Shown here piece by piece: positions 26,263 through 39,700 of a stretch of 64,000 nt of DNA. This stretch comes from Lama glama. Taxonomy: Eukaryota. Position 1 is the first letter of the stretch; every line of letters begins with the position of its first letter. The stretch covers positions 18,974,001 to 19,038,000 of the forward strand of contig CM052817.1 of the NCBI GenBank assembly GCA_028534125.1, in the 5' to 3' direction. The translations under genes and the position numbers were made by a program. The notes under the pieces are model-generated. The model was not told the DNA's origin. It searched no databases and was given only the letters and a program-made list of their open reading frames with translations.

Positions 26263-27019
26263 CTTCATCTGAACAGCCAATGTGGAGCCTTACTTTTCCT
26301 TGCATCTGCAACACCTTCCAAAAATGCTAGTTGTGAATAGGTTTTTATCAAAGAAAGGCGAATGGTCTTTGAAATTATGCAGCACTTATTAAATAATACT
26401 AGTGACTACCTTTTTCTAAAAATGTCGCACTTGTCTTAAATCCATTGTGAAACAGATAGATGCACTGTTCCACTTCCTTCCCCATAAGTCCTGAGGGATG
26501 CACTTTCCGTAGATTATAAGATTTGATACAAATTTAAAGACTCTCTGGTGTTAGGAAATTATGTGTAAATGGTATTTTAATATGAAGCTAAATGTTCATG
26601 TAACATTATGGAAATCAGAACACAAATCAAATGCTATGAATTAGACCCGTATGATTAAAGAAGCTGTGAGGCTTTCTCTGCAATGTCAGAAACATCAGGT
26701 CAATTCGAGAATTTGATGAAAACTCAAATAAACTATTTCCTTTCAAAGTATCAGTAGCCTATGGTACAGAGAGGAATAAACGACCAGCTTCAAATCAGAG
26801 AACCTGGCCAGAATCTATGTCTTTAAGCTAATAATTGCTTAATGCAATATATAGAGAGATAATACTCTTTAGAATATGGTTACTTTTTTAAAGGTGTCCA
26901 GCACTTTCCCAAAGTATGCTTAAATTATAACTACCATTTTATTTGTAGAAGAGCTTCCTGAAAGCAGTTGATCATTATGATCCGTACTTGCCTTTCTCTT
27001 AATTAATCACGCAAAATAC

Positions 27020-27180
27020 AACTGGCTTTGAAATTAAATGGCCTTGTGTTGAAACCAAACTCTTACTGGAACTGGTTATGCGAGCTTGGATAAATTATTT
27101 ACGTTTTCCATGCCTCAGTTCCTACATGCCTCATGGGTAAAATAAACAATAACAACGTCCTCAATGCATTCTGGGAAATA
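27020..27180 (+). mobile_element. MIR fragment
   Basis: 'gagcttggataaattatttt...tgcctcagttcc'. Confidence 0.55.
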
Positions 27181-27667
27181 CGATTGAAGCTATTGTATCA
27201 TTTAAAAACTTTCAGTTGCATTAATAGAAGATCTCAGTAGAGATGGTAAAAGAGTGTTAATTAATGCATGAATTATTGAAATGAAATTGAACAAATTGAG
27301 TCAAGCACCAATCCCTGAGCAAACTGCCCTGGTGGCTAGCGAAATGGACTGGGCTTACTGTCTGTGGCCTGGGTGCCATGTCCTTCTGTATCATTCAGGG
27401 TTCAATCATGGAAGCATAATTACATATTCAGTAGGTTATGACCTGTAAGTATTAGGGATTTGGCCTTGTGCAAATGTTGGGTTGGGTTAAGCAGCCTCTG
27501 CAAAGCTGTTGCCTTCTGTTTACATAACTAATGATGATGAGCTTGAAGTCAGAGGGCAAGCAGTGAGGAAGGTAAGGTGAGTGTACAGAGAAAGCTGGAA
27601 CCCACAAACACAAACCAAAAGCCTAGGAAGAGAGACCGAATCCTGTGTCAGTCCTTCCTGCCCCGGC

Positions 27668-28111
27668 TGTTTTGTTAGAGGAAGCTACTGCTAAGACATA
27701 ATTGCCAACTGCTTCGCAAGCTGGACCTAGGCGATCAGAGGCTCCTCACTCCCCACCCCTGTCCTAGGAATGTACATTCTGCCCAGAGTTATCACAGCTG
27801 GAGCCATTTTCAGAGACACAACCCTGAGAGAGCAGTGTGTTGTCAAGGCCATCTGGGTGGTTCTCATGACTCAACCCAGTTAAGGACTCTCCATAAACTT
27901 TTAAGACAGACAGTTGCAATGCAGAGATCTACTTTTTTTTTTTTTTTGCCACCACCCAAGAAAAGTCCCATATGTGAGATCCCTTGCTTTTTAAACCTGC
28001 CTCCTACCAATCTAGAGCGGTCTGCCTCAATCTCCAATCTTTCCTTGTCCTCCGTGTACAGAGGACAGTTTCAGATTTTACCTGGGAAGTCTCTGAAGTT
28101 TTGAACCAACA
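27668..28111 (+). mobile_element. 5' LTR of a truncated class III-like ERV
   Basis: TG...CCAACA; directly followed by a PBS; homologous to 17948-18349. Confidence 0.75.
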
Positions 28112-28113
28112 GT

Positions 28114-28131
28114 TGGTGAGCCAACCAGGAG
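28114..28131 (+). other. Retroviral primer-binding site, tRNA-Arg(ACG)
   Basis: TGGTGAGCCAACCAGGAG matches 16/18 of TGGCGAGCCAGCCAGGAG (complement of the tRNA-Arg-ACG 3' end), 2 nt after the LTR. Confidence 0.75.
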
Positions 28132-28139
28132 AACAAAGC

Positions 28140-28745
28140 AATGGGACTTTGGAAAGAGACATCTGCTGGGGAAATCCTGGGCTGGCCATTGACTTCTCAG
28201 TGGCTCATATGTTAGATGCTTGTGGATTGACATGTGAGTACAGTGTTGCCCCCAAACCGCCGGCTGGTTAGATGCACTTGTTTGAGGAACTGTATACAAG
28301 GCTCTGTGACATAGAAGGGAAACAAATGGTTGTTGCATGGGGCAGTCTCTCCTGTGGGCAGGTTGGCTAGAAAAGGATGCCCAACCAGAGGCTGAAGCTC
28401 CAGTTAGAAAGTTGGAAGAAGAGCTGAGGTTAGAGAGGGACACGCAGGTGTTCACTGCTCTGCCAACTTTGGGGCTGGCAGACAAGGTGGGAGAACAGGA
28501 TAATAAACTGAAGACCTTAATGCGTCATTTTGCAAAATTAGGAGGGAGCAAGCTGCTGCAGATTAAGGTCTGAACACTTGTGACAAAGCCTGATTGGGAT
28601 GCCAGGGGGTGGAATCCTTGGGAGAGTGAGGACAGCTAAGAGGAGGATGTTGTGGTGGCGGACAGTGAAAGGAACAGAACTCCCTGTGCTGTCCAGCCTC
28701 TAATACAAAGGAAAGCGAAAGCACAGAAACAACCACCCAGCCCCA
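28140..28745 (+). pseudogene. Degraded ERVL-like gag N-terminal remnant
   Basis: Lies after the PBS; coiled-coil-like VRKLEEELRLERD, then after a stop KPDWDARGWNPW, similar to the ERVL gag WDP..W motif. Confidence 0.55.
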
Positions 28746-28904
28746 CAAAATATCTGTCTTTTCAATCATTGACTTCTGCTGTCCAGTCATGGGACGGGCA
28801 CCTGACGGAAATGCCTATAGTACACCCACTTGTATGCCAAGCAGATAAACCGAACTGTTTGGTGTGTGGTTATACTATGGAAGCCAGGGGTTTTCCTCAC
28901 TAAG

Positions 28905-28906
<2 letters not shown>

Positions 28907-28943
<37 letters not shown>
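28907..28943. repeat. (CA)n microsatellite
   Basis: Pure CA run. Confidence 0.95.
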
Positions 28944-28946
<3 letters not shown>

Positions 28947-29335
28947 GGCAAACCCAGTGCTGTCTCAAACTAAAGAAGTAAGTCAGCAGACCAACAACAA
29001 CATGTATGAACTACAGAATGGCTGCTGCTTCCTTTCTGCCTTCCAAATTTCCCAAGAATCTTCACGTGGCCACTTGAACTAGAAACACACAATAAAGAGA
29101 ATTCTGTTAAATATAGTTCAGCCTAGGAAATGAACACATTACAGAGCCTCCACACAGCTTTAGAGCTAGGGTGGGAATCAGCCTCTGCAAAGAGCAAAGA
29201 ATGAGACTCAGAGAAGATTATATTCTTACCAAAAGAATGGACAATGCAGATGTGGTGGTGACAGCAAGATATCTCCAGTGGATCTACTTAAATTGTCCAA
29301 GATTGAGCCTACTGCAGGATGAACACTCTCTCTTG

Positions 29336-29718
29336 ATTTTACCTCTTCTCTTCCAATTTGGATCCCTCTTATTTTATTTTATTGTCTGATTGCTATGGCT
29401 TGGACTTCCAATACTGTGTTGAGTAGCAGTGTTGAGAGTGAGCATTCTTGTCTTGGTCAACGTTTTAGCAGAAGTGCTTTCATATTTTCAGCATTAAGTA
29501 TTAAGTTGACTGTTTGGTAGTGTCTTTGGTTTTGGTATCAGGGTGATGGTTGCATCATAGAATGAGCTTGGGAGTGTTCTCTTCAGTCCTTTGGAAGATT
29601 CTGAGAAAGACTGATACAAGTTCTTCTTTGTATGTTTGATAGAATTCCCCAGTGAAGCTGTCAGGTCTTGATTTTTGTTTGCAGGAAGTTTTTTTTTTTT
29701 TTGTATTACTGATTCTAT
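29336..29718 (-). mobile_element. Inverted 5' segment of a young L1 (ORF2, upstream of the RT YADD motif)
   Basis: Minus strand encodes [19 protein letters not shown]...ITLIPKP and ends ...IQIGREEVK. Confidence 0.9.
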
Positions 29719-31790
29719 TAAAATTGTCACTATATGCAGACAACATGATATTATATGTAGAAAACCCTAAAGATACCACACAAAAACTACTAGAGGTTAT
29801 AAAAGAATTCAGCAAAGTAGCAGGATACAAGATTAAAGTACAGAAATCTGTTGCATTTCTTTACAATAGCAATGAAATACAGAAAAGGAAAGTTTAAAAA
29901 AAATCCCTTTTAAAATTACATTAAAAATACTTAGGAATAAACCTGACTAAGGAGGTAAAAGACTTATATGTGGAGAACACGAAGCACTGATGAAGGACTT
30001 TAAAGATGATTTAAAGAAATAGAAGGATATCCCATGCTTTTGGATTGGAAGAATTAGTATTGTTAAAATGGCCATACTACACCAAGCAATTTACAGATTT
30101 AATGTGATCCCTATCAAATTACCCAGGACATTCTTCATAGAACTAGAATAAATAATCCTAATATTTATATAAAATCACAGAAGACCCAGAATTGCAACTG
30201 AAGCAATGCTGAAGAAAAAGAACAAAGCTGGAGAAATGACCCTCCCAGACTTCAGACAGTACCACAGAGGTGCAGTAATCAAAACAACATGGTACTGGCA
30301 CAAAAACAGACGTATAGATCAATGGATCAGACTAGACAGCCCAGAAATAAACCTACAGACTTAGGGTCAGTTAATCTTCAACCAGAGATGTAATAATATG
30401 CAGTGGAGAAAAGATAGCCTCTTTGGCAAGTGGTGTTGGGAAAGTCGGACAGCCACATGTAAATCAATGAATCAACATTATCTCATACTGTATACAAAAA
30501 TAAACTCAAAATAACTTAAGGACTTAAACATAAGGCACTATAAACCTCCTAGAAGGAAACATAGGCAAACATTCTCTGACATAAGTCTTAGCAATGTTCT
30601 CCTAGGGCTGTGTACCCAGGCAATAGAAGTAGAAGCAAAACTAAACAAATGAGACCTAATTAAACTAATGAGCTTTTGCACAGCAAAGGAAACCATAAAC
30701 AAAACTAAAAAGACAACCTACAGAATAGGAGCAAATATTTGCCAGCAATGCGACTGACAAAGGCTTAATCTCCAGAATATACAAACAGTTCATATAACTC
30801 AATAACAACAAAAAAGTAAACAACCCAGCCAAAAATGGGCAGAAGACATAAACAAACATTTCTCCAATGAAGACATACAAATGGCCAATAGGCACATGCA
30901 AAAATACTCAATATTGCTATTAGAAAAATGCAAATCAAAACTACAATGAGATATCACCTCACACCAGTCAGAATGGCCATTATTAAAAAGTTTACAAACA
31001 ATAAATGTTGGAGAGGGTGTGAAGAAAAGGAACCTTCCTACACTGTTGGTGGGAATGTAGTTTGGTGTGGCCATTATGGAAAACAGTATGGAGATTCTTT
31101 AAAAAAAAGTAGACTTACCATATGATCCAGCAGTCCCCCTCCTAGGCATATATCCAGAGGAGACTCTAATTCAAAAAGATACATGCACCTCAGTGTTCAT
31201 AGTAGCACTACATACAATAGCCAAGACATGGAAACTACCTAAATGCCCATTGACAGATGGCTGGATAAAGAAGTTGTGCATATATACACACACACATACA
31301 TACACACAATGGAATACTACTCGGCCGTAAAAAATAATACCATTTGCAGCAACATGGATGGACCTGGAGATTGTCAATACTAAGTGAAGTAATCCAGAAA
31401 GAGAAAGAAAATACCATATGATATCACTTATATGTGGAATCTAAAAAATGGGACAAATGAACTTATTTACAAAACAGAAACAGACTCACAGACATAGAAA
31501 ACAAACTTGTGGTTACCATGAGTCAGGAAAGAGGGGTGGAGGGAAAAATTGGGAGTTCAGGATTTGCAGATACTAACTACTGTATATTAAATAGATAAAC
31601 AGCATAGTCCTACTGTATAGTACAAGGAACTATACTCAATACCTTGTAATAGCCTATAATGAAAAAAGAATATGAAAAGAAATGTATATATGTATAACTG
31701 AATCAGTATGCTGCACACCAGAAATTAACACAACATTGTAAACCAAATGTACTTCAATTAAAAAACCTGAAAAACAAAAAGAAAAAAAAA
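29719..31790 (+). mobile_element. Young cetartiodactyl (camelid-like) L1: ORF2 3' half, 3'UTR and A-tail
   Basis: [18 protein letters not shown]...; [19 protein letters not shown]...CW; 3'UTR 'acagactcacagacatagaaaacaaactt...aaattaacacaacattgtaaa...cttcaattaaaaaa'. Confidence 0.95.
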
Positions 31791-33120
31791 TACTTTGGAA
31801 GGAAAACAAAAGCAAGTTTGGCAAATGTTAAAAAATAAAAAAAGTTAAAAAATAAAGTGGCTTACAATAATACAAATAAAGTGAAGAATTAAGCCAACAA
31901 AACCAACCTTCAATTTGAAAACTTTTAGAAAATTTAAAATTTCTTCAGTGAATATTATCTATGCACATATAGGCTTCTCTGCTGCAAAAACTCTGCTTCT
32001 TAAAAATCTAGAAATTACTGTATCATTATAGTAAACTTTTTAGCTTTCCTACTATACCTCATGTTTTATTTTTGTGGTTCCTCATGGTGTAATCTCCCTC
32101 ATTAATGTGACAGAAATCTTAGTCCATTGGGATAAAATATAAAGGATGAAATAAAGGATAACACTGTTGTTATTTTCCTCAAATCTGCTGGATATTGTGG
32201 TTAAGCAGACAATAGGCAATATTCATAAAATGTTCCATTCTTTAAATTCCTACAAGAAAACTGGCATTTCATTTAATGGAAATCTTCATAACCGTCCTTT
32301 CTCCATGCAAACTGTCATTTGACACATTAGCACATGCAGAGGTACATTATAAAACATCAACACTTACATTAGATAAAAGACCTAAAATGATTATGAACAA
32401 TGTTCTTTTTCTTCCAAAATATTCAAAAGCAAACACTCAGTAGTACAATATGTTTTAGGTTAATTACTTTAATTCAGTTTTAATTAAGTTCATGTTTCCA
32501 TGCCAACAAATGGTTTTAAAATTGTTGAAATCTTGATGTTTCAGAATATGACTAAAATTAATTACCTAAGAGCATTTGACTCAATTTTTTGGAACCATGT
32601 AGTGCAATTTTAGTATCACTATAGCAATGATTTTAGTATTATCAACTTTGAAAGAAACTGCATTGTACTATAAGGTTTACTTTTATATTTTTCAAATTTT
32701 GTGTATGTATTTTTTTCTAATGCACACCTACTTGATTATAAATGGTTTTACAAAAATAACATTAGTTACATAAAGAGACACAAACACAGGCACACGTTTG
32801 CCAGCTAGCTGTCAGCCCCAAATGATCCCTGTTTCCAAACATTCAAAGTCCCTTTTTTTTTTAGGAATATTGCACTGTTCCCATACATCCAAATGGAAGA
32901 TTAAGATCAACAACAAAACAGGTGGCCTTGGCCTAATTTATAATTTCCAATTTTCTTACTGACATACTTAGAAAAAAAAGAAATATTCTTAATCTGAGAT
33001 AAGGAAAAGCATGACTCACAGATGCCTAGAAATAGGGGTCTGCCATTGAGGAAAACGTTTATGTATTACAGAATTTTATTTCTATATTTGTATTGCCTTT
33101 TTTTGGAAATAACCTGTTTT

Positions 33121-33735
33121 TGTCAGGGTCTTTTTGGCGAGTGAAAACCATTTTTGTTACTTCAACAGAGATAATTTAAATGTAGGGAACTTGTTACACA
33201 AGTATAGGGGACGTGAATACACAGAGACAATACTGAATAAGTCAGGGATGAATTGAAAGTGCATGAAAAGCTATCCTCTCTAGTGATGGAGAAGAAAGGG
33301 ATGAGAATGGAATTAACAGAACATAGAAGCTCAGAGAAGAGGCCCCACATAGCTGGGGCTCAGAACTCTGATGAAGAGTTGTTACCTTGTTGCTGCTGGT
33401 ACCTCTGAGGGGACGTCACATGGCTAGTTCTAGATGTGCTAAAGGATGCTGGAGGCTGGAAACAAATGATGATGCCTTAGCAAAGTGCTGCTGCTGGGAT
33501 GAAGTGTTGCTGCTCCTAAGAGACCCTGCCAGGAACAGGATATGAAATAAGAGAAGAAAGTTCTTTCTTTCCTTTGCTTGCTTTTAAATCTCTGTGCCTC
33601 CTATCGGCTGGACATAATGAAGTGGCAGCTAAAGAATCACAGTTTGCCTGGTGCCAGCCACAGAATCACATGGTAACGGCAAATGCAATTAAAAGGTGAA
33701 TTTGAAGCTGGAAGACAATAGGTAGCAACACTGCA
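33121..33735 (-). mobile_element. Ancient LTR (LTR78/79/33-like)
   Basis: Right end 'gtggcagctaaag...gccagcc..agaatcaca...gaatttgaagctggaagacaatag' is similar to 4330-4440. Confidence 0.45.
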
Positions 33736-36700
33736 GTAATGATTTAGTTTTCTTAGTTTCTCTCTGGCATTAAAAGCTTCTCTGTTCCTCCTGGAGTTTT
33801 CCAGTTTGCTTCAAATCCCTCCCTTTCTCTTAATTTTCTACCTTACATTGAAGTTCCTGGTCTTTCTCATCAAATCAGTGTCTAATGGGCGACTCCATTT
33901 TATCAGTAGTTTTATACGTAACTGTATGCCACTTTTCCCATCTTGAAACCTCTGCTGACCTAAAATTTTCAAACACTGTTGGAAGAATCCATTACCCCAC
34001 CCTCTTCTAATTTAAATGATAAGGGGGGAGAGCAAGTTTACAGAGGGAAAATTTTATTAAATTTATACCTAAATCAAGATTGAAAAACAACCAACCAACA
34101 AATTAAGTGCAGCCTAAGGTGCTAGGTTGTCTCTCTGATTAAATGAGAATGTGACAGTGATAGAACATTTAAATTTTTTCGTTTTAAAAATGAGAGTCAT
34201 AATGCATATACCAATTTGCTCATGGATTGTTATGCAGGCTGAAAAATCAAAACTATGATAGTGTGTCATAAACATTAGGAACCGAGTAGAAATGATAGGT
34301 GCATGAAGGATTCTGTAGATTTGTTTCAGAGAATGATAACATAAAATCTTACTGGTACTCACTCTGGAACAATCAACATAAAGTTAGTCACCTGGGGCGG
34401 GGGCAACACAGCTCATTGACAAATCAATACCTGAAATTTAGTGTACCTGCTCTTGTGACTTTCAATTTGGAATTCATATTTAATTCCACACTTTCTTTGC
34501 AATAACCTTGATACGTGCCCTGTTTCATCAATACAAAGCCAGGCAGCCTCACAACTGTAGCTCAGTTTCAGTCTAGATCATTATCACCTCCTCTTCGAGG
34601 TGTTGTCCAAGAAATCCTAAAGTGAATTTTGTACATACTGCAAGGATATACGTTAGTTTAGATTACGGCAACCATACCATGAAAATTGGATGGTGGCCTA
34701 GTGAGGCATTTTTGCCTGATGTAGGAATAAATATTCTAATTTGTTGATATTGATAGTTATTTTTAAAGAAGAAAAACTATTAAGAAAATTTATTGAAAGT
34801 TCAGTTATCCAACATTTGACTTCTAAATTTGGAAAATGTCACTCTACCAAAAAAATCAAGTTTCATATTTTAACTACACTTTTGGGGAAATTTTAAGATG
34901 TGATTTAAAAATCAAATATTAAGAAAGAGGAAAAGATACTAAATTGTAAAAAAAAAAGGCATTGATGGAGGAAAAAATAAGTAATGTAACTTAATAGTAG
35001 GCTTTTCCCTTGATATTTCTTTATAAATTGATACAGATGACCCCTTCCAGAAAAAGAACTTCTGAGACTATCCCTAGTAAGCCTAATGAAAACTTTATTA
35101 GTTGTTTGGGGAGAAAGGTAAACTTCAACATTGTATACAAGTTACACACTTGTCCCTAAATTCTGCGCCATATCAATATGTTAACTTGTGTATGTTTGAT
35201 GATTGGACATTCAGGATAAAGAAATAAAGGAGGAAAATAATCAAGTGACAGCTAAAGATCAGTTTGCATGGAAATAATTCCACTTGATTTAGGGGGTGGG
35301 AAAGAACGTTTTGTCTCTGCTTTGCAACTTTGAGCCCTATAACAAAGAAAGCCACATGAAGGCACTTGGCTTGGGTAACTGGTAAAGCATGCTCACAGGG
35401 AAAGATAAGATTAATGTGCTTACTTAAGAGAAGCCTCTCGTCTGCAGCAGGCTGGAATATTAATGAACCTTCAGCTTTGCTCTCTTCATTGGAATGTGTT
35501 TGCTGGAGTAGTTCATTCTGCCAGCAATGTAACTTATGTGCTGATTGGTGAGACACCTAAAGAGCTAAGTCAGGGCCATTGCCCTCAATGGAAGTGCTGC
35601 CTGAAAAGAGACCACAAAATAGGACAGTGAATATTCGAGAGAGGCTTATGGATAACCACTTCAGGAATAAGCTGACACATGCCCGCAATAAAATTCGGAG
35701 TCAAAAATAGAGTCGGATCAGCATTATGCTAAGTCAAATCACTGCAGTGAAATGAGAATAAATAACTATGTGCTTGAAACAGGATGACCTCAAGGAATCA
35801 CGTTTTAGTGCACTGCTCCAGCTCACAAAGGCATTTTAATATCAAGAATTACCAAATTTAAATAAAAATGTTATGCCATGCAGAAGTGTTAAAATCATAC
35901 CTCACATGTTGAGTATTGTGAGTTTCTTTTGTCAAAAATAAGACTGTATTTTAATTTATTGACCCACATATTACATCAAAAAGCCAACTAACTACACTAT
36001 TTACTGAGAGAAAAGTAAATTAAAATGTGCTTACAGTATTTCTTGTACTTGTTTTTTTAAATGAGGAGAACTTGAATTTTTTTCCCCTGTCAATCTTCGT
36101 AAAACAAACAAAAAAGAACAACTATAAAAACTTTATGTATCTGGCAAGAAATAAAGGCAATTGCTTGGATAACTGAAGTATAATGTATGGTAAAAGACTA
36201 AACTGGTCAGCTCTGATTTAAACCAGCCTTTGCAAAAATATATTCCAAACAATACCAGTCCTGAAAAATTGCTGTGTATACACACACACACACACACACA
36301 TGCACAATATTTTAGGATTAATATTTTCTCTCTCCTTCTTAGGGACTTAATAATGAACACACATTAGTCTCTGTAAATGCCTAAATTAAAGAAATGTTTA
36401 ACTTTTAGTAACTCAGTATCCAAATGTGCAATGGGGAAGTTTTTTCTCTTCATACCTATTTATATCTTGTATTACTAGTATTCCATTTTATACCTGTTAA
36501 GAAATACTAATTTAACCTAGGAGGGAGAATTCTCAGGGCTCCTCTTGCAAACCTCACAGACAGAAGTCTTGTATGATTGTTAGCTCATCTCATGAATTAT
36601 ACCAACTCCCCTCACTTTAAGCTGACCCCTTTGTTTAGTCTTCCACAAGCTAAGTAATAATATTTATGTCTTATAATGTATGTCTCATTTATGTCTCAGA

Positions 36701-36789
36701 AGTTCCTACACAGTCAGAACTTCATAGCCCTTCATAATCAGAAATGTAGTCATGAAAATGCCCATAGAAACCATCTTGAAAACTTACAA

Positions 36790-39700
36790 TTACTGAATGT
36801 TTAAATAGAGATGATGGTAGATTGACACGCAATATTAAGAAATAAAACAATCTCATATATACTTTACTGACACACATTTGGTAAAACTCTTGTGTAAAAC
36901 CGCAACCATGATATTGTCACTGGTACAACCCACCAATGTATTCTAATTTCCTCAGTTTTTCTTGGACTCATTGGTGTGTGTATTTAGTTCTCTACACTTT
37001 TATTAAATGTGTAGGTTCATGTACCAGCTACTGTGGTCCTAATGCTGGTCCATTTCATCATCACGCGTATCCTTGCTCTTGCTGTTTCATAATCAAATCC
37101 ACCTCTCTTCCTGGAAACTCATCCAATTGCTGTGTATAAAAAGTTTGTTCTTTTTTATGGCTAATACTCCATAGTATGCATGTACCACAGCGTTTTTAAC
37201 CATTCCTCTGTTGAAAGATACCCAGGCTGATTCCAGATTTGAGCTATTATGAATAAAATTTGTATGAACAATTGCATATAGATTTTTTGTATGAACATAA
37301 ATTTCCATTTCTCTAGATGGCAATTCCTGGATTTTACGGAATTGCTCCTACCTTCTCTCCTTCCTTCCTAGATTTTTTTCTTCCCTTTAAAAAAAACTAC
37401 TGTGCAGCATTTTTTAGAGTGGCTGTATTTTTTTACATTCCCACCCACACTACATGGGTGATCTAGTTTCTCTTGATCCTCACTAGAATTTATTTTGACT
37501 TTTTAAAAATTTTTTTGCCATTCTGATGATGTGTAGTGATATCTCATTGTGTTATTAATTTGCATTTTCCTAATGTTCAGTGATATTGAACATGTCTTCA
37601 TGTGATTATTTGACAGCCGTATTTTTTTCAGTAAACTGTTCGTGTCATTTGCTCATTTTTTAATTCTGATTGTTTAATATATTTACTATTAAGATGTGAT
37701 GGTTCTCTATATATTCTGGATATAGTCTTGTGACAGAAACGTGATTTGCAAATATTTCCTCCCTGTCTGTAGCTTGTCTTTTCATCCCCTTTGATATGGG
37801 CTTTTCCAGTGAAAAATTTTTCATTTTGGTGAGTTTCAGTTTATGAATTTTTCTTTTTTTGTGGGTTGTGCTTTTCACGTCAAGTTGAACAATCTTTTGC
37901 TGTTTCTAGATCCTAATGACCATCTCCTATGTTTTTATAAAGATTTATAGCTTTATATTTTCAATTTAAGTCTGTGAATCACTTTGAGTTGATTTTGGGG
38001 TAAGCTGTGACATCTAAGTCAACATTAATTTTTGTCTATAAAGGTCCAGTTGCTCCAGCATCATGTGAAAATTCTATCCCTCCTTCTTTGAATTGCTTTT
38101 GCACATCTCTCAAAAATCAGCTGAGTTATGGCTGTGAGTCCATACTGTGTTCTCTGCTTTTTTCATTGATGTGTGTGTATATATTCTTCTGGCAATACCA
38201 TACTCTTGATTACTGACATTGTCTACTAAGCTTGTGCCTTTCCATGTAAATTTTAAAATAAGCTTTCCTGTATCTAAAATATGATCTGGGATTTTGATAG
38301 GAATTGTTTTACAGCATAGACCAGTTTGAGAGAATTTTATATTGGGTTTTCCCAACCATGACACACTATGTATTTCTGTTTATTTAGATGTTCTTTGATT
38401 TCTTTCACTGGCATATTCTAATTTCCAGCATATAGATTCTATATATGTTATATACATATGTATTTCATTTTCTAGAGTGATTGGAAATGATTTTGTGTTT
38501 TAATTTCAGTTTCCACATATTTATTGTTACTAAGTAGAAATGCAGTACATTTTAACGCATTGACATTGTATCCTGCAAACTTTCTATGCTCATTATTATT
38601 TTAGGAGTTTTTGTTTATTTGTTTTGTTTTGGGTTTCTTTGGATTTTTATTTGAATTATCATGCTATTTGCAAACAGAGATGATTTACTCCTTTCTAATT
38701 GGCATGTCTTCTATTTCCTCTTCCTGTCTTATTGCAGTTGTTAGAACCTCCATTGTTAAGGAGAATAAGAGTGGTAGAGCAGACATCCTTGGGACACATA
38801 GTGTCTTTCACCGTTCAGTATAGTGTTCGCTGTAGGTTATCTGTAGATGCTTTCTATTAAGTTAAAAAAAAATTCCTTGTGAAGGTATTATAAATAATGC
38901 CTAGATGATTTGTCATAATGGGTATGGAATTTTGTTTAGTACTCTTCCTGGATTAATTTATAAGATTATATGATTTTTGTTCTTTAGGCTTGTTGATATT
39001 ATGAATTGATTGATTTTCAAATGTTGAATCATCTTTATATTTCTGGTCATACACTTCAGTTGGTCATGGCATACATTTTATTTTATATTGTGCTAATTTA
39101 TTAATTTAATTTATTTATTATTTATTTTGTATTTGCTAATATTTCTATAACAATTGTCCTGTTTAAGTTATTAATAAGTATTGATCTATACTTGTTTTTG
39201 TTTGTTTGTTATTATACTTATTTGACTTTTTTTTTTAAATATCAGTATAATCCTTACCTCATACAATGAATTGGGAAGACTTCCTTTCCATTCTGTTTTG
39301 TGGAAGAAACTGTGTAGAATTGTACTAATGTTTTTTATTAAGTATTAGGTAGAGTTCTCTAGTAAATCCATCATGGTATGGAGAGTTCTTCGGTACTTTA
39401 GAATAGAAGTGCCATTATTTTAATGGTTGTAAGAATTCAGATTATTAATTTCATCTTGATTGAAATTGGGAAGTTTGTAGTTTTCAAGGAATTTGTTTCT
39501 TCGAAATTGTCGAATTAATGAGCATACATGTATTCATAGTATTCCCTTATTATTCTTTTAATATCTGTAGTGATATCCCTTATATCATTTCTGATGCTGA
39601 TGGTTTGTGGATTAGTGTCTTCCTTGTTTTTCAATGTTTTTTTTTTCAGTCTTCCTAGAGTTTTATCAATTTTATTGATTTTTTTAAAGAAACAATGTTT

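Larger units (their letters stand above)
27387..29155 (-). mobile_element. LTR50/LTR52-like ERVL LTR split by a later ERV insertion
   Basis: Right end on the minus strand 'tgtggaggctctgtaatgtgttc...aggctgaactatattt..cagaattc'; left part 27387-27667 'tgtatcattcagggttcaatca...'. Confidence 0.55.

Noticed and set aside
26036..26340. Low-complexity ORFs (KERK.../FPFLS...)
   Set aside because: Translations of the (TTTCC)n repeat.
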